Positions 1 through 11,591 of a stretch of DNA of 64,000 nucleotides are shown piece after piece. Numbering within the stretch: position 1 is the first letter of the stretch; each line of letters opens with the position of its first letter. This DNA is from Mobula hypostoma. Taxonomy: Eukaryota. Position numbers and translations under genes: made by a program. The notes under the pieces were generated by a model. The model saw only the letters and a program-made list of their open reading frames with translations. It had not been told where the DNA came from and did not search any database. The stretch spans positions 204,974,001 through 205,038,000 of the forward strand of contig NC_086097.1 in NCBI RefSeq assembly GCF_963921235.1, read 5' to 3'.

Positions 1-831
1 CAGAGAAGCAATTTTCTACCACCACTCTCTGGCTTCTTCCATCGAGCCAATGTCCAATCCAATTTACCACCTCTCCATGTATACCTAGCGACTGAATTTT
101 CCTAACTAACCTCCCATGCGGGACCTTGACAAAGGCCTTACTGAAGTCCATGTAGACAATATCCACTGCCTTCCCTTCATCCACTTTCCTGGTAACCTCC
201 TCGAAAAACTCCAACAGATTGGTCAAACATGACCTACCACGCACAAAGCCATGTTGACTCTCCCCAATAAGCCCCTGTCTATCCAAATGCTTGTAGATTC
301 TGTCTCTTAGTACTCCCTCCAATAACTTACCTACTACTGATGTTAAACTCACCGGCCTATAATTTCCCGGATTACTTTTCGATCCTTTTTTAAACAACGG
401 AACAAGATGAGCCACTCTCCAATCCTCCGGCACTTCACCCGTAGACAGCACATTTTAAATATTTCTGCCAGGGCCCCAGCAATTTCAACACTAGTCTCCT
501 TCAAGATCCGAGGGAACACCCTGTCAGATCCCGGGGATTTATCCACTTTAATTTTCCTCAAGACAGCAAGCACCTCCTCCTTTTCAATCTGTACAGTTGC
601 CATTGGCTCACTACTTGATTCCCTCAATTCCATAGATTTCATGCCAGCTTCCTTAGTAAATACAGATGCAAAAAACCTATTTAAGATCTCCCCCATTTCC
701 TTTGGTTCCGCACAAAGCTGACCACTCTGATCTTCAAGAGGACCAATTTTATCCCTTACAATCCTTTTGCTCTTAATATACTTGTAAACGCTCTTTGGAT
801 TATCCTTCAATATACTTGTAAAAGCTCTTTG
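1..831 (-). mobile_element. CR1 LINE, young family, 5'-truncated ORF2 (linker + RT N-terminus); continues off the left edge of the window
   Basis: ORF 349..894 contains DKIGPLEDQ and KVDKSPGSDRVFPR, typical of CR1 ORF2. The sequence is near-identical to the copies at 46776-49483 and 54892-57166. Confidence 0.93.
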
Positions 832-1369
832 TCTATACCTAGGAGCTAGCAATCCACTTCTTGTCTGTGTTAAGGCAAAAAAAATGGTAAACACTAATTG
901 TCAAAATCTGTGGAAATTAATTGCTATATTTTGCAAGACCACAAATAAGTGTGCGAAGTTTAATACATAATTTAAATTAGAAATTATGCATTGGGAGGAA
1001 AGTACACAAAAAAAACATAAAATAGTATATGTAATTGATGAATCACTGAATGTGTAGACACTTTAATCATGAAGGGTAAGGGTACAGATATAAGTAGCTT
1101 CGCTTCGATGACAGTGCTAACATATGGAGCAGGGGAAGGTTCAAGTGATGGTAAAGGAAAGACAAATTCATCAATAAATATTGATTAGAAAGGGAAATGG
1201 AATATAATATTTTGTAACTAGAGACATTGTAACTAAAGATTTTGCAGAGAAGATTTTGATTTTGCAGCGGGAGGTATTAAGTACCAGGTTAGGATTCCAG
1301 AGCTGAGTTTGCTTGGAATTATGATACTGGAAGTGGAGCTGTGGTCCATTAGCAATAGTCTAACATAGG

Positions 1370-2095
1370 TTTCTTTACTGTCCGGATACTCCAGAGATGT
1401 GTTTAGGCCAGGTAGAAGGTTTTTGCTGTAGACCTGTTTTGGCAGTAGGCAAATCTCTGTGCGCAGATGTTGTCTGTAAGGCTAAAGTTAATGCCATGAT
1501 CAGTTTCTTGAAGCACTTTGTGATAGTGGATGTCAGAGCCATTGGGTGATATTCAGTAAGGCACATCATCATAGGTTCCAGGATAATAGTAGTCTTCTTA
1601 AAACATGTCGGAACCTCAGATTGAAGCTTGGAGAGGTTGTAAATGTCTGCTGACTGCTCTGCATAGCATCCATGCCAGATACTTTCCGTGGGTTCACTCT
1701 CTGGAAGACTGATCTTATAGCTGCAATGGTAATTGTGGGTTCAGGTGCCTTGGAGGTGGCCAAGGTGGGTGATGATATTCTAACTCCCTTCTGTTCAAAA
1801 CACGCATAGAATGCATTAAGCTAATTGGGAAATGATGTGCTGCTACCTGACCTCATTTTGTAGCCAGCTATGATAACTAAGACCTGCCTCAACTGATGGC
1901 TGGTGTGGGACTTGACTTAGGACTCGTATTGCTCTTAGCATCACTGATAGTTTTACTGAGATCGAATCCTGATTTCTTGCAGAGGTCAAGATCACCTGAT
2001 TTGAAGGCTGCAGTCCTAGATTTCAATGAGGATATGATCTCCCAGTTTACCCTTGATTTCTGGTTTTGGAACACCTGGATTGTCCTCTTCTGGTT
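1370..2095 (-). mobile_element. Rex1/Babar-type LINE RT fragment, degenerate
   Basis: Minus-strand peptides LKSRTAAFKSGD, VFQRVNPRKVSGMD and CLTEYHPMALTSTITKCFKKL match the Rex1/Babar motif (CLNDYRPVALTS..MKCFE). Confidence 0.8.
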
Positions 2096-2344
2096 AAAGA
2101 CACTTTATCAAGACAAATGTATTAGTGTACAATGTAAATCAAAGGGAAAAATAAAGGAATGACAGGGTTTCAGGATCATTAACTTTAAAATAGATTGCTT
2201 CTATTTCAATGCCATTGACATTTAACAGAAGCAACATCGATGAAAGTAAATTGCAACTGAATTTTCTGGAAAATGAGATATCTAGACCTAAACCTTTTTT
2301 AATAATACAAACCTAGCCTTCTTCATGATTCAGTGCATAGTGCA

Positions 2345-2460
2345 GTTGCCTTGGAGTTGCACATGTCAGTAGATCTGATTGTAGAACTTGAGCACTAAAA
2401 CCAAGGCTGGCACCACAGAAGTGCAAAATTTCAGATGAGATGAAAAACTGAGACTCCTAA
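2345..2460 (+). mobile_element. Old DeuSINE (SacSINE1-like) fragment
   Basis: acttgagcactaaaaccaaggctggcac...tttcagatgagatgaaaaactgag resembles the SacSINE1 head and Deu-domain start; similar to 40140-40503. Confidence 0.45.
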
Positions 2461-4377
2461 CTAATCTGTGAATTGAGAGCAAAAGAATCTATTTGTCCGT
2501 TGCCATTTATGGTTTTTTTCCCCTTTTGCATTGATACATCCTTGTGCACACCCACCTCACCACTCTATTGCCCACATAATCATCAAAGTTTTCAGCTGAA
2601 TGTTGATGACCTCAATGCCGTTATCCTCAGCTGTAAGGAGGCAATGATTCCAAACACTGTCGAACACAGAAGAGCTCAGTTTATGTGATTTGGTTCCAAG
2701 CGATGATAATCCACAGTATTACAATCCCTCTAACACTTGCAAATGAGAGAAGTTTCTCGCAATATTTAGCAGCAGTACTCTATTGACTAACATTCTATAT
2801 ATAGGTCCATTGAAGGAGATCCAGATGAGAACAATGGATTAGGAACCCTATTGTCCTTTGACATTATGGAAGTAGAATACAATTAATTATACTTTTGGCT
2901 GGTAAATTAACTGGCAGGATAGATGCTTTGTTGTTCAAATTTAATATGACAGGTATCAGCTAGTATCTTATTTCAAAGGTGTATAGACTCACTTTCTACT
3001 GATATGACAGTTACTAATAGTGGAAATAATTCTCTGCTCCCCAAGCTCTAGAATTCAACCCCTTTCCATAAAGCTCTCCATTTGTACTTTTGTTTTTCCT
3101 TCATGTTTGTAATCTTAATATTTCTTCATGAATTATAATGTGAAATTTTGTTGATATTTACTCTATTTCACAGTAAAGGGAAAATAAATTTAAAACAAAG
3201 TAAATGTAAACATATTCCATCCATTTTAACAGCAGATGAAATGGCAGATAGCACTTTCAGTGAGTACTGCCACTGGGTGCATTAGAGGTATAACTCTGAG
3301 ATCTATGATATAACTCTGCATGTAATATTTTTTGCAATATAAAAAGAAACATCAAATGACATGCATATAATATTCATCATTCAAAGTAGGTATCACTACA
3401 GGGCTGAAAGCACAATCTTCACACTGAAATGAAAACAGGTTTTGTGTTGTGCAGATGCATATTTATGATAAATATGCATAGAGTCTGGATCCCCCGTTGG
3501 CAGCCTTGTATGTGTATGCGATTAGGCTCTGGCAATGAACAATGTATTGATTGCTGATATATTCATTTGTTCCCGATCTAACTGTGACAATTGTCTTTTG
3601 CTAGTTTCAAGCCAAGTTCTACATTTTTAATTTGGCCTCAGCAGAATTCCTTTGGATTCGGTGATGTTGCCAACAATTGAAAGAGAACTGTGGGGAATTT
3701 CTGAGACATAATTTGAGAGGAAGGAGTGGCTGAGACTCTGAATCAGAATTATATTTCATCAGAGAATGCCTGAACCATTGTATCTAGAAAGAGAGTGTTC
3801 TTTGCACTGCTACAAATATTAGTGCAAATGGGTGACAAGGAAAATTCCTAGTTTTATTTTCCCAAGCCAGATATAACTCTGAATCCATTTTAATATCATT
3901 ATTTTCACTGACAGATGTAACTAGGGATAGGTCTTTGAACCTCTCAAATAAGGCAAACTGATTTTTTTTTGGTGGCTGGGATATCAGTGATTGATCTTTG
4001 GATACCAATTTGGTGGCTTTAAATCTTAAGAATTTCATTGTTCAGACTCTCAAAAATCAGTCACATAACAAGTAGGAGCAATTGTTGGTAGCTGGCTATC
4101 TGTTTCTAATGAGAACACAATAGATCCGTATATTAAGCCACCAGGTAAGTTTTATAATCCCTGCTTAACAATAAAATTGATTAACCTCCTGTTTAAAATT
4201 ATTTTTTCTCCTGAGATCTAACAATTACTTTTAAAACAGAAGGCAAGTTTACATAATCTCTTTTTGTCATCTAATCCTTGGAGCTCTGGGAGCATACTGA
4301 TCAATCTATCCTGCACAAGTTCCCTAAGAATTAGATACCTGTTCCAATATAGAACAGATATGAGGAATTTCCTCAGA

Positions 4378-4612
4378 CACAGGGTGGTGGATCTGTGGAA
4401 TTCATTGATACAGGTGGCTATGGAGGTCATTGTGTGTACTTAAGGCAGAGGGTGATAGGTTCTTGACTAGTCAGGACTTGAAAGGTTATGGGGAGAAGGC
4501 AGCAGAATGGGGTTGGAAGGGAAATAGATCAGCCTTGATGAAATGGCAGAGAGAGACTCGATGGGTCAAATAGCCTAATTCTGCTCCTATAACTTGTGGT
4601 TTTATGGTCTTA
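4378..4612 (+). mobile_element. CR1 3' end fragment
   Basis: cagggtggtggatctgtggaattc (QRVV.LWNS motif), CR1 3' UTR gggtcaaatagcctaattctgctcc and a (ttatggt)-like tail. Confidence 0.8.
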
Positions 4613-5457
4613 TATAATACTCAGAACTGCACAGAATTCAGATTTGCTGTCAGTGGAACTTTGCATGCTTTTTTCTTTTTTTATATCTCCCTATGTAAAA
4701 TCTATTGGCTTTTTGATTAGTTTTGTGGATTACTAATTTTAGTTAAACATGTTTATGTAATCCCAAATATTCAGTTACACTATTCAGCCCCCGACCCTTT
4801 GTTCACATAATTGAGCATTACAACCAGGGATTTTAGTCAGTTTAATTGAGAATTTTTATTTGTGAAGCACTTGCTCCTTTTTCACCGTAAAGTATGGGGA
4901 AAAAAATTCAAAAACTGAAATGTTAGCAGTTCAAAAGTATTCATCCCCATTTGCTCAGTACTTAGTTGAACCATATCTTGCAGCTATTACAACAAACTAT
5001 TACAAAGTCTTTTTGGATAAGTCTTTATTAGATATGCATGACGTAATGGAACATGATTTGCCCATTCCTCCATGCAAAATTGCTCAAGCTATGCCAGGTT
5101 AGTTGGGGAGTAGCAGTAGACAGCAGTCTTGAGGTCTTGCCAAAAATGTTCAGTTGGGTTAAGGTCAGCAGTCTGACTAAGCCGCTTAAGGACATCAATT
5201 TTCTTCATTGAAACCACACCATGATTGCTCTGGCAGTGTGATTTGGTTTGTTGTCCTGCTGAAAGACAAACTTCCTGCTGCTGAAAAGCATCCCTGTAGC
5301 ATGATGCTACCTCCACCATTCTTTACAGTGTTACCTGCCTGATGCGCTGCAATAGATTTACTTCACATCGACTGCTTGGTGTTGAGGCCAAGAAGTTCCA
5401 CTTTAGTCTCATCTATCCATAAGAACTTATTCCACATCTTTACAGTACCTTCTAAGT

Positions 5458-6631
5458 TAGTGGTCGCCAACCTTTTTAAGCCCAAGATCCCCTACCTCGG
5501 CCTCCGTGAAAGGCTAGATCAACCTACTAAATCGTTTAGTCACACGAGGAGCACCGGGCAGAAAAGACCAGAAGTAAAACCCTGCAACCTGGAAACAACC
5601 TGTCTTTACAAACAGCTTTCCGTAGCGGGAGTATTGCTATATTACCATTATCTTAATTAGTATTACTTATTTTTATAATGCTCACATTACAACACCTTTA
5701 ATTCTATGTTTCATTATTTAATTTTATTTCAACACGAAAAATAAATGAATAAAAATTGACTGTTGCACTGAGTGTGATGACTGGGGCTGAATACTTTCTG
5801 CTAGTTCCCTGAAATTTGGCTCGTAACTACAGACAGCCAGTCTGAGACAGTCTGTGAGGTGTCTGTCAGTAAGACAGCCCCTGTACTTAGATTTCATAAT
5901 TTTCATCTGTTGCAGCACAGCACCCTCACAAACCTCCTGACAGACTGAATATTTGAATGTACAACAACACACATAAAAGTTGCTGGTGAACGTTCAACTT
6001 TTATGTGTGTTGCTTGAATTTCCAGCATCTGCAGAATTCCTGTTGTTTGCATTTGAATGTACAGTTTCCTTTGTTAGACTGAATGTTGAATCTGCCATGT
6101 TTTTCAGATGTTTTGCATTGGCAAACTGTTACTGAAACATTAGTATAAGTTTCAGAGGTACGCAAGATAATGACACCACTGTTTTTTTGTTTCTCAGTTA
6201 TTTACATTTGAAGAATGTTGGAATTTAAAGGGGGAGAAGTGTTGTAACGTGAGCAGTATAAAGATAAGTTAATACAAATTAGGATAATGCTAATATAGCA
6301 ATACTCCCGCTACAGAAAGCTGTTAATAAAGAGAGGTTGCTTCCGGGCTGCGGGGTTTTACTTTCAGTCTTTTCTACTGCGGTGCATAGTGGGAGAGCTA
6401 TACTCAAATGTGCACTGGGCAGAAAGAACGGAACTAAAACCCCGCAACTGGGAAACAATCTCTCTTTACAAACAGCTTTCAGTAGCGGGAGTATTGCTAT
6501 ATTACCATTATCCAAAGTAGTATTACTTATTTTTTTAATGCTCACATTACAACAGTATTTGTGTATTTATTTTTCATGTTTTTTGGGATCTTCTGGGAAA
6601 GTCTCAAAGATCGACCGGTTGGCGACCACTA
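5458..6631 (-). mobile_element. Non-autonomous hAT (Buster/SPIN/Charlie-like) nested in the Tc1
   Basis: Perfect 15-bp TIRs tagtggtcgccaacc / ggttggcgaccacta and a degenerate 8-bp TSD (ttctaagt / tttta-gt). Transposase C-terminal remnant MKSKYRGCLTDRHLTDCLRLAV...IQPQSSH at ~5770-5905. Confidence 0.85.
5964..6050. repeat. Short Penelope-derived hairpin insertion within the hAT
   Basis: caacacacataaaagttg...caacttttatgtgtgttg palindrome followed by ccagcatctgcagaattcc, flanked by the 13-bp direct repeat atttgaatgtaca (5951-5963, 6051-6063). Confidence 0.75.
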
Positions 6632-7977
6632 TTTTAGTGACACTTTGTAAAGTCTTTATAGGCAAGGATAGGCTTTTTTTTAGCCAAGGCTTCTTTTTTT
6701 TTGCCACTCTTCTATAAATACCCTTGTTGTGCAAGGCCGTAAAGATAGTGGAGCCATGAACATCATCTCCATTTACAGCCACTGACTTCAACAGCTCACT
6801 CAGAGTGACTGTTAGCTTCACAGTAGCTTCTCTTACAAATGCCTTTCCTCTCTGGTGAGTGAGTTTAGAGGGATGGCCCGACCTGGGCAGTGTGGCAGTG
6901 CTTTCATATTTTTCCAGTTTTTCATGATGTTCTGCATTGAGCTCTGAGCTATCTTCAGTGCCATTGAGATGGTCTTATACCCTTACCCAGATTTCTGCTT
7001 CTCTATTATCTTTTCCCTGACTTGCCGTGAATGCTCTTTTGTCTTCATTTTGGTTTGGTCTGTTGAAAATCAACTGTACTGTTGGACCTCATGGTGGGGG
7101 TGGGGGGGGTGTGAGGGTGGTATTTATTCAGGTGATCCTCCGATTTTCTGCATCAAAAAATTAGGAAAGGTAATATACCTGAAAAAAGATAGTGAGTAAT
7201 TAAAAAAGGGGATGCATACTTTTTCAACCTCACAATCTTGTTTTTTTAATTTTTAGTAAATTATTGCCAAGTTTTGTAATTTTTCTTTTGATTTGACATG
7301 ATGCATAATGTGTTGTAAAATTCTACTCTGATATATTTTAAATTTAGAAAATGAGACAGTAAAATATGAAAATAATTGTGGGGACTGAATACTTCTTCAA
7401 GACTCTGTATCTATCTATTCATTCTTGTGTTATAAAAGAACAACATGATACGAATTCTTAATTCAACACAATTGATAAATTTGCTGTTCCAGTATTTTGC
7501 TTATGAAAAGAACGGACATAAATATATTTCCAAAACTGAGTGGTGCATGACTTATCTGTCTATGGGGTATGGAGGTGGTGGTGTTTCTTCTTGGCCTTGT
7601 CCTTCTGAATGGTGGATGTCATGGTGTGGGAGTTGTGGAGTTACTGTAGTCATGTGGATTGGATATGTTGAAGTCATTGTAGTTTTACAGAGTTAAATGG
7701 GGGTATCAATCAAGTAAACTGCTCTGTGCTGCATTATATCAGGTTTCTTGGATGGAGTGGAGCAACATTCACAGTCAAATAAAGCATGATGAAATGCAAA
7801 AATGTTTTGAGGAGTCCTGAATTGCATCAGTCATTGCAGCTTTTGGCTTGCGCTTCTGTCCCCAGCAGTTATGTGGTTACTCCAACCGAGCACAGTGATA
7901 GTGAATTCTTTTGAAAAGTAGAGTGATTGGAGTAGACTCTCAACAGTGATCTTTGTTCCTCCCTGAACAACATTTTT

Positions 7978-8405
7978 CACAAGACAAAGGAGCAGAAGTA
8001 AGCCATTCGGCCCATCGAGTCTGCTCTGCAGCTCCCCCATGAGCTAAACTATTCACCCATCTAGTTCCAATTTCTGGCTTTTTCCCCATATCCCTTGATA
8101 CCCTGACTAATTAGATACCTGTCAATCTCCTCCTTAAACACCCTCAATGATCAGGCCTCCACAGCTGTATGTGGCAACGAATTCCACAAATCCACGACCC
8201 TCTGGCTAAAAAAAATTTCTCCTCATCTCTGTTTTAACTGGGTATCCTCTAATTATAAGACTATGGCCTTTTGTCCTGGACTCACCCACCAAGGGAAACA
8301 ACCTCTCCACATCTACTCTGTCCAACCCTTTCAACATTCAAAATGTTTCTATGAGATCCCTTCTCATTCTTCTATACTCTAATGAACACAATCCAAGAGC
8401 CGACA
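7978..8405 (-). mobile_element. CR1 3' end fragment
   Basis: ggagcagaagtaagccattcggcccatcgagtctgctc is the reverse complement of a CR1 3' UTR, followed by RT C-terminal sequence (FF.QRVVDLWNSLP on the minus strand). Confidence 0.85.
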
Positions 8406-8550
8406 AATTTTTCTTTGATTTGATTAACGTGACGGGAATTATTTTGTTTAACATTTTAATTACTAAAGCAAAGATGCTGAAGTTTTCGTATAACACATAT
8501 CAAGTTGCTGGTGATCGCAGCAGGCCAGGCAGCATCTCTAGGAAGAGGTA

Positions 8551-8592
8551 CAGTTGACGTTTTGGTCCGAGACCCTTCGTCAGGACTAACTG
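8551..8592 (-). ncRNA. Degenerate minimal type I hammerhead ribozyme motif (Penelope pLTR)
   Basis: Reverse complement reads agtc-CTGACGA-agggtctcggacc-aAAA-cgtc-aact. The CUGANGA box is intact, the GAAA box has G>A, and helix III is the palindrome ACGT. Confidence 0.6.
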
Positions 8593-9234
8593 AAAGAAGA
8601 GCTAGTAAGAGATTTGAAAGTGGAGGGGGGAGGGGGAGGGGAAGATCCAAAATGATAGGAAAAGACAGGAGGCGGAGAGATAGAGCCAAGAGCTGGACAG
8701 TTGATTGGCAAAAGGGATATGAGAGGATCATGGGAGGGGATGCCTAGGGAGAAAGAAAAGGGGGAGGGGGGGAAAAACCCAGAGGATGGGCACGGGGTAT
8801 AGTGAGAAGGACAGAGGGAGAAAGAATGTGTGTATATAAATAAATAACGGATGGGGTACGAAGGGGAGGTGGGGCATTAGCGGAAGTTTGAGAAGTCAAT
8901 GTTCATTAGTGGAACATTGACTTCTCAAACTTCCGCTAATGACCCACCTCCCCCTCGTACCCCATCCGTTATTTATTTATATACACACATTCTTTTTCCC
9001 TTTCTCCTTTTTCTCCCTCTGTCCCTCTCACTATACCCCTTGCCCATCCTCTGGGTTTTCCCCCCCTCCCCCCCCTTCTTTCTCCCTAGGCCTCCCGTCC
9101 CATGATCCTCTCATATCCCTTTTGCCAATCAACTTTCCAGCTCTTGGCGCCATCCCTCCCCCTCCTGTCTTTTCCTATCATTTTGGATCTCCCCCTCCCC
9201 CTCCCACTTTCAAATCTCTTACTAGCTCTTCTTT

Positions 9235-9276
9235 CAGTTAGTCCTGACAAAGGGCCTCGGCCCAAAATGTCGACTG
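9235..9276 (+). ncRNA. Degenerate minimal hammerhead ribozyme motif (second arm)
   Basis: agtc-CTGACAA-agggcctcggccc-aAAA-tgtc-gact. Helix I (agtc/gact) and helix II (gggc/gccc) are intact; the core boxes carry CpG-type mutations. Confidence 0.55.
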
Positions 9277-10941
9277 TACCTCTTCCTAGAGATGCTGCCT
9301 GGCCTGTTGCCTTCACCAGCAACTTTGATATGTGTTGCTTGAAATTCCAGCATCTGCAGAATTCCTCGTGTTGAAGTTTTAGAATATTGAGTTTACACGT
9401 GAATAAGATTGTGTATGTTTTCTATAAATTTCTAGTTATAAATCCAACTCACTTAAAAGAAGCTATTTGAATGTAATGCAGTTTTGGGCAGGGACGGTTG
9501 GTGAGAAATCCTTGCATTTGTTGCAAACTCAAGTATTCATGATTTTTGAGAAGGTTCAACATCACAGTTAAATATGCAAGCAAGCAGACAATAGAAGAGC
9601 TGCAGGACTGGAAAACTTAACACATTTGAGGTTGGTGTCCATGTTTTATTTATCAAATCAAATTATACTTTTCAAATCAAATGCTGCAGAAAATATTAGG
9701 TCAACTTATAATGACAGAAAACTTAAAACACTGACAACACAGCAAGTGAGCAATACTCAAGAACCAACTGTACCAAAGACAGTAGATATTTCTTGATTGG
9801 AGAACAGTTGGACCACGTGCTGGTCTAATCCAACATGTCTAAGAATTTTGCTAGTCCTTTGTTTCTGCTCGTGTGCTCATAAAATGTTCTTTGAGGATTA
9901 GAGGACAGCAGAACCATGGGGAAATTCAAGATCAGCAACATTCACCTGCTTTCCAAAATCCCAGGATATCTTACTGCCTGGCTGACCTTTGTGTCTTTGA
10001 TCTTCATGCAGCAACTCTCTTATTGGCGGCTGCAAAATTAAAGGTTGCAGAATATTTTGAAAGTGCATGAAATATAAACATAGTGTAATTTAATCAGTAA
10101 TTGTAATAAGAGAAGAGCTGAGACAGTGTGATATTTTAATAGACTATCAGACAGGTCACATAAAATTAAACTATCTCTCCAGAACACTTTGAATGAACAT
10201 TAGTTCTCAATAATCATTTGATCTCCTGGGAAAACATTGTTAGTTGAATTATTATTAATGACAATCATTTCAGAAAGTACTATTTAGTATTCCAAGATTG
10301 GACCAGGACAATACCAATTGGATGATGCTAATTTGTTGGAGTTTTGGGAGATTTACAGACCTGTTCCCTATTGTAAAGGTCTTGCTATGTTTTCTTTTAA
10401 TCCAATGTTGGGTTTCTGCAGATCTGTGTACTTTTAGAAACCACACAACCAGAAAACAATTTGAGCCTTTTGGACTTTATTTCTCTCCATTCCACTTCAG
10501 AAACCTAAATATCAACAAAACAGGTCTCTTCACTGAAGTGAAGCAAGTGGACTGTATTCAGGTCATTAAAAATATATATAAATTGATTCTTTGGTTAGTG
10601 GAACAGAAAGGAGGTTCTGTGGATGAGAATAGGATTCTCAAATGAGCTCCCTATTTATGTTACATCCTCCTATTGGCTCTAGTCTACAGGTGTCAGAAAA
10701 GCAACATTAAAAACACGTCCACTCTCAGTGTTGTTCATGATGGGAATAGGAAAAGGCAGACACAGGTGATCCTATTTGCAATATATTTACAGTGTTTACA
10801 CATATTTAAAGAAGTGATCTCTGGCAATGAAATCCAAGGGAGTAATCCAAAAACCAAAGTCCATAATACAAAAACACTGGTTGGAACACAAAGACTACAA
10901 GTATGTTAATTTATAAACTAGCACGATTCTCTTAATGGTCA

Positions 10942-11502
10942 TCTAACACCCTGGGACAGGTTTCACTGCTAATGTAATAGTTTCTCTGTAGCAGCAGTGT
11001 TTGGGTTATGACTGGAGATAATTGGGGCTTTGGAATGTGTGGCATCCAATGAGGGGAGTGTTTTTCTTTCTTGTGTGCCCGAGAGTGAGGTATTTGCAGG
11101 CTTTTGTTCTACAGAAGATGGAGAGGAAAGATGCCAGAATGGAGAGACCATAGTCTGAGGACAGATTGGACTTGGAATGGGGTTGGGAGTCAACAATGCC
11201 TGGGCGAAGTCGATGGAGAATGAATGGACGGGAAAATCGTGAGCACCAACATGCACACTAGACTGTTTCATTAAAATTAAACCCTTTTTCTTTTTGTTTT
11301 CTTAACTAACCCTATAATCAAATTAAGAATTATAAAGCTCAGTTGTTTAATTGCATATGGTGTATTGTTTGTCATTTCGTGGTACGGATTTGTAACAGGA
11401 AAACATCACACAGCATCCACACAAATGAGATTTCGCAAGTTTGGTGGGGCTGGAAACTGTTTTCCCCTAGACTAACGCCACCAGCTAGACCTAAGGGTTA
11501 CA
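10942..11502. mobile_element. Probable solo LTR (Gypsy-like)
   Basis: Starts t(c)taacaccctggg and ends cctaagggttaca (TGTAAC...GTTACA-type inverted ends). Flanks gtca / ttca are a 4-bp TSD with one mismatch. Length 561 bp. Confidence 0.55.
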
Positions 11503-11591
11503 TTCAATTCTCCCCAGTGGCTCTCTCTCTGCACATCATATTTCTGCCACTGATTTCTACTATATTCACCACCCCTCCCCTTGAGAATGAA

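Larger units (their letters stand above)
4781..7409 (-). mobile_element. Tc1/mariner DNA transposon (IR/DR type), decayed and interrupted by a hAT
   Basis: Minus-strand peptides VTLSEL...LHNKGIYRRVAKKKPWL (6567-6821) and SQTADLNPTEHFWQDLK (5089-5319; SPDLNPIE motif). The right end is gggactgaatactt...ctg|TA at 7381-7409. The inner repeat aaaagtattcatcccc (~4933) is inverted relative to ggggatgcatactttt (~7208). The outermost left TIR is lost. Confidence 0.88.
8492..9373. mobile_element. Penelope-like element: two 3' ends/pLTRs in inverted orientation (~880-bp palindrome)
   Basis: Arms 8492-8904 and 8912-~9337 are reverse complements with a 7-bp spacer. The right arm starts with aacattgacttctcaaacttccgctaa (NIDFSNFR*), which I recognise as the Penelope GIY-YIG ORF terminus. 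Flanked by the imperfect direct repeat tgaagttttcgtat / tgaagttttagaat. Confidence 0.8.

Noticed and set aside
2805..2890. Exon-like stretch SIEGDPDENNGLGTLLSFDIME after an ag
   Set aside because: Weak polypyrimidine tract, no convincing donor and no recognisable homology.
3600..4150. Possible host exon ending at the strong donor cag|gtaagt (4144/4145)
   Set aside because: Upstream + frames contain stops. Only a short peptide (GAIVGSWLSVSNENTIDPYIKPP) is open, and I recognise no protein or matching partner exon.
8456..9374. Duplicated ORF pairs (8456..8731 / 9102..9374 and 8505..8747 / 9086..9322)
   Set aside because: They are by-products of the inverted repeat in low-complexity non-coding pLTR sequence.
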